64,000 nt of DNA from Octopus vulgaris (lineage: Eukaryota), in assembly GCA_951406725.2 (NCBI GenBank), contig OX597837.1:31868001-31932000 (forward strand), in the 5' to 3' direction. Below the pieces are notes generated by a model that saw only the letters and a list, made by a program, of their open reading frames with translations, did no database searches and was not told the DNA's origin. This document shows, piece after piece, positions 59,694 to 64,000 of the stretch. The position numbers and the translations under genes were made by a program. The stretch's first letter is position 1. Every line of letters begins with the position of its first letter.

Positions 59694-60039
59694 GTGTGTT
59701 GCTTATGGATATATATATATATACGTATGTGTGTTTATATGTGTGTGTTTGTATATACAAAGTAGAATAGAAATTAGAACAAGAATATATGTGTATGTGC
59801 GTAAAATACATGTATGCATATGTATATATGTATATATATGCATATTTGTATGCACACACACACAGATACACACACAAACACACACAAGCACACACATATA
59901 TGTATATATATACATACATATGCCTTCACACACATTTATATACATACATACTGACACAACTATATACATACACAAATATATAAGTACTTTGAAATACAAG
60001 AGCAAAATCTTTTCAAATACTCATGCATACATATATATA

Positions 60040-60264
60040 TATTTCTTTACTACCCACAAAGGGCTAAACACAGAGGGGACAAACAAGGACAGACAAACGG
60101 ATTAAGTCGATTACATCGACCCCAGTGCGTAACAGGTACTTAATTTATCGACCCCGAAAGAATGAAAGGCAAAGTCGACCTCGGCGGAATTTGAACTCAG
60201 AACGCAACGGCAGACGAAATACGGCCACGCATTTCGCTCGGCGTGCTAACGGTTCTGCCAGCTC
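60040..60264 (-). mobile_element. SINE family C monomer in (TA)n
   Basis: Reverse complement of family C. Confidence 0.88.
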
Positions 60265-60334
<70 letters not shown>

Positions 60335-60507
60335 ATCGTTGAAGGCGTGAAATTGTAATAATTTTGGGGACGATAATTCACGAGGGAAGAGTATGTCTAT
60401 GTCTAGAGTGAATTTTCAGTTCATTCCTTTGTCTTTCTTCTGTTCAATGCTTGAAACTTATTATATCTTTTAAAACGCATACATACATACATACATACAT
60501 ACATACA

Positions 60508-60576
<69 letters not shown>

Positions 60577-60579
<3 letters not shown>

Positions 60580-60980
60580 CGCAGGAGTGGCCGTGTGGTA
60601 AGTAGCTTGCTAACCAACCACATGGTTCTGGGTTCAGTCCCACTGCGTGGCATCTTGGGCAAGTGTCTTCTGCTATAGCCCCGGGCCGACAAATGCCTTG
60701 TGAGTGGATTTGGTAGACGGAAACTGAAAGAAGCCTGTCGTATATATATATATAAGTGTGTGTATATGTTTGTGTGTCCGTATTTGTCCCCCTAGCATTG
60801 CTTGACAACCGATGCTGGTGTGTTTACGTCTCCGTCACTTAGCCGTTCGGCAAAAGAGACCGATAGAATAAGTACTGGGCTTACAAAGAATAAGTCCCGG
60901 GGTCGATTTGCTCGACTAAAAAGGCGGTGCTCCAGCATGGCTGCAATCAAATGACTGAAACAAGTAAAAGAGTAAAGAGT
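60577..60980 (+). mobile_element. SINE family A, full length
   Basis: Complete head and tail. Confidence 0.9.
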
Positions 60981-61456
60981 ATATATGTTTACACACATAT
61001 CTTTGTTGTATATAATACTAGTGATATATAACTTTGACGTAGACATACATAAATACTTAATTATAAGAGGATATATCAACACGGAATGCATGCTTCTACA
61101 CCCACACATGTTTATCCAATCCAAACCGTGTCAATATGCGCACAATACAGATGAAAACTCATATGTATGCAAATATACAATCCTATGTATGTATGCATGT
61201 ATGTATGTATGTATGTATGTATGTATGTATGTATGTATGTATGTAGGTAGGTAGTTTGGTATGTATGTAGGTATGTATGTAGGTATGTATGTATGTATGT
61301 ATGTATTTATGTATGCATGCATGCATGTATGTATGTATATATATGGGGAATTCACGAAAAAAGACGAAGACAGGTGGTGTAGAATACAAACAGAAGTATT
61401 AGTATAATACTCAGGAATATACACATGCATACGTCGGGTTTCTTTCAGTTTCTGTG

Positions 61457-61519
<63 letters not shown>

Positions 61520-61521
<2 letters not shown>

Positions 61522-61922
61522 CGGGAAGCTTTATGAAACTAAACAAAAGACGAAGGCAGGTGGAAAACAAACGAACAATTGTATTAGTATGGCGCTCAGG
61601 AATATAAATAAAACAAGTCTTTTACGTTTCGAGCCTACGCTCTTCAACATAAAGATACACAGAAAAGAAACACGGAGAGAAGCAGGGAGAGAAAAAAAAT
61701 TGCGTACAGAAGCTAGCGAATCAACATTAGCTTCTGCACGCATTTTTTTTCTCTCCCTGCTTCTCTCCGTGTTTCTTTTCTGTGTATCTTTCTGTTGAAG
61801 AGCGTGGGCTCGAAACGTAAAAGACTTGTTTTATTTATATTCCTGAGCGCCATACTAATACAATTGTTCGTTTGTATTCCACCTGCCTTCGTCTTTTGTT
61901 TATTTTCATAAAGCTTCCCGTT
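61520..61922. mobile_element. ~400-bp near-perfect palindrome, Penelope-like remnant
   Basis: Arms 61520-61715 and 61728-61922 with a 12-nt loop, flanked by TA. Each arm carries a minimal hammerhead-like motif. Confidence 0.75.
61787..61824 (+). ncRNA. Minimal hammerhead-like motif (A6U variant)
   Basis: tcttt CUGUUGA a gagc-gtgg-gctc GAAAC GUA aaaga. Stem I is 5 bp; stem III is the loopless palindrome ACGU. Confidence 0.5.
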
Positions 61923-62227
61923 ATATATTACGCGCTTACGTGGTCTCACTTTCATCCTATATTCTACCAACACCACTATCAACTCTTACCTCTACATTGG
62001 ATTTTCTTTACCTCTTGGATACTTACCACTGGCCGCACCTCTCCTTCACGGATCAAAGTGACTTTGTTATTACATATATATACATATATACATATATCTA
62101 TATATATCTATATATATTTATTTTATTAATTTACTCTGCTATGTATTGAGTACCTTATTTACTGTGGTTAACCCCGACTCAACCCGGGACCTACATATAT
62201 CTATATATATATATATGTATGTATAGA

Positions 62228-62525
<298 letters not shown>

Positions 62526-63520
62526 TGCATTTAGGTGTGTTTGTTTATGCATTCGCTTCCGTATATGCTTGCACATATATCCATGAGAGAGATAGAGAAG
62601 AGAAGAGGGAAATGAAATTACTGAAGAAAGAAGGAAACCGAGAATGGAATTTGAAGTGCGAGAAAGTGGTACGATATCAGATTTTTCTAGAATTGAAGGA
62701 AGGTATAATGAAAAATTTCAGGATTTAAACTAAAGGTCGTAAAGAAATAAAGTTGTATTTTAGTTTAACCTTATTTTGGTTTCTATTTTCTTTCATTAAA
62801 GTATTTTCATGCAAATGTAAAAATTGCTGACATTCAACTTTGTTTTCTTAATGCATTGTTAGTCGCCTGCCTAAACTGATGTATGTTTTACAAGTGTAGA
62901 ATATCTTAAATATTGTCGTTTGAACAGGTGAGCTTTTACAGGTTATGTTGCTAGAGAATTTGCATGAGATACCATGAAGAAGCCGTGGTGTGTGGCTTTC
63001 AATGTGGGTGCGTGTGTGTTTGTGTGTGTATGTGTGAGTACCATTTTACTTCTTTCCCGCCCCTACACATTCCAACCCCACCATCCCTATACATCCCTTC
63101 CCACCCCATGTCTTACGCCCCACTTCCACATACCCCATCCCTTCCCCTGTCCTCGACTCAATCCACATCCCCACCCATGGTCCCCCCCACACTCTAACAC
63201 CACCACACCACACGCCACCACACACCACACTACATCACACCACACTACATCACACCACCCCGCACACACTAGCACTGACCACTTCCTGCACTCACACCAT
63301 CATCCACAAACCTACACATGCACACACGCACACGTCAAGGTCACCAACCCCCATCCACACGCACATACATGTTCTCACATACATACACACGCGCACCTTC
63401 TTTTTGGGACCACCACTACTTTATTATCTCCCCTTCTTTCTAGCTCTCCTATGTGACCCCATGATAGAACACTAGCCACTAAACCTTTTTTATTTTTTTT
63501 CTCTATATATTTCTCTGTTC

Positions 63521-63558
63521 CTTTCTGTCGAAGAGCGTAGGCTCGAAACATAAAAGAC
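63521..63558 (+). ncRNA. Degenerate relative of the 61787 hammerhead-like motif
   Basis: cttt CUGUCGA a gagc-gtag-gctc GAAAC AUA aaag. Confidence 0.4.
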
Positions 63559-63769
63559 ATTCTCACTTCCCGAGCGTTTTTTTTTTCTTTGTAAATTCTC
63601 CGGCCCCTTTCTGAGAGGACACCTCGCAAAGAAATGAACGAGGGACAACAATCAATGCATCCTAACAAACTGTCCCATGCGTGACACAGGTTTATGCCAA
63701 CGGGTAAATGTCGTGTATAGAATACAATGTAACAAATGCATAGGTTCTATGTGGGTAGCACAACACACA

Positions 63770-63836
<67 letters not shown>

Positions 63837-64000
63837 TAACTCACATATATATATGCAGCTGTGGGCCCTTAAAACCCAGGCTGTTGCAGTAACTGGTCCT
63901 GAAGCGTGATGGCATTGCTAGGACCTTTGGCACTATGCAGTGTCGACCCGTTCTGGCATTGGTGTGTAGCTTTGAATGCCAAAATTTGGCACAGTTCCTT

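Overview
Eukaryotic, AT-rich, microsatellite-saturated intergenic or intronic DNA. The SINE repertoire looks like Octopus to me; this is recognition, not a database result. No host protein-coding gene is supportable, and nearly all ORFs in the track are translations of (TA)n, (TACA)n, (GAT)n, (CTT)n or (CCA)n. The window contains: (i) a ~18.5-19.2 kb direct duplication (7966-26484 vs 26585-45770) centred exactly on a 100-N gap, most likely two haplotypes assembled in tandem; (ii) more than 30 tRNA-derived SINE copies from about six families (my labels A-F), many with clear TSDs; (iii) a near-intact Tc1/mariner-superfamily DD41D transposon with TIRs, one per duplicate; (iv) 3' fragments of R4/Dong-like, RTE-like and Tx1/L1-like LINEs; (v) several short non-coding inserts in (TA)n tracts that carry type I hammerhead-ribozyme motifs and inverted terminal duplications (Penelope-like pLTR architecture), two with complete canonical cores; and (vi) two SINE copies that have captured the flanking DNA of another copy of their own family.
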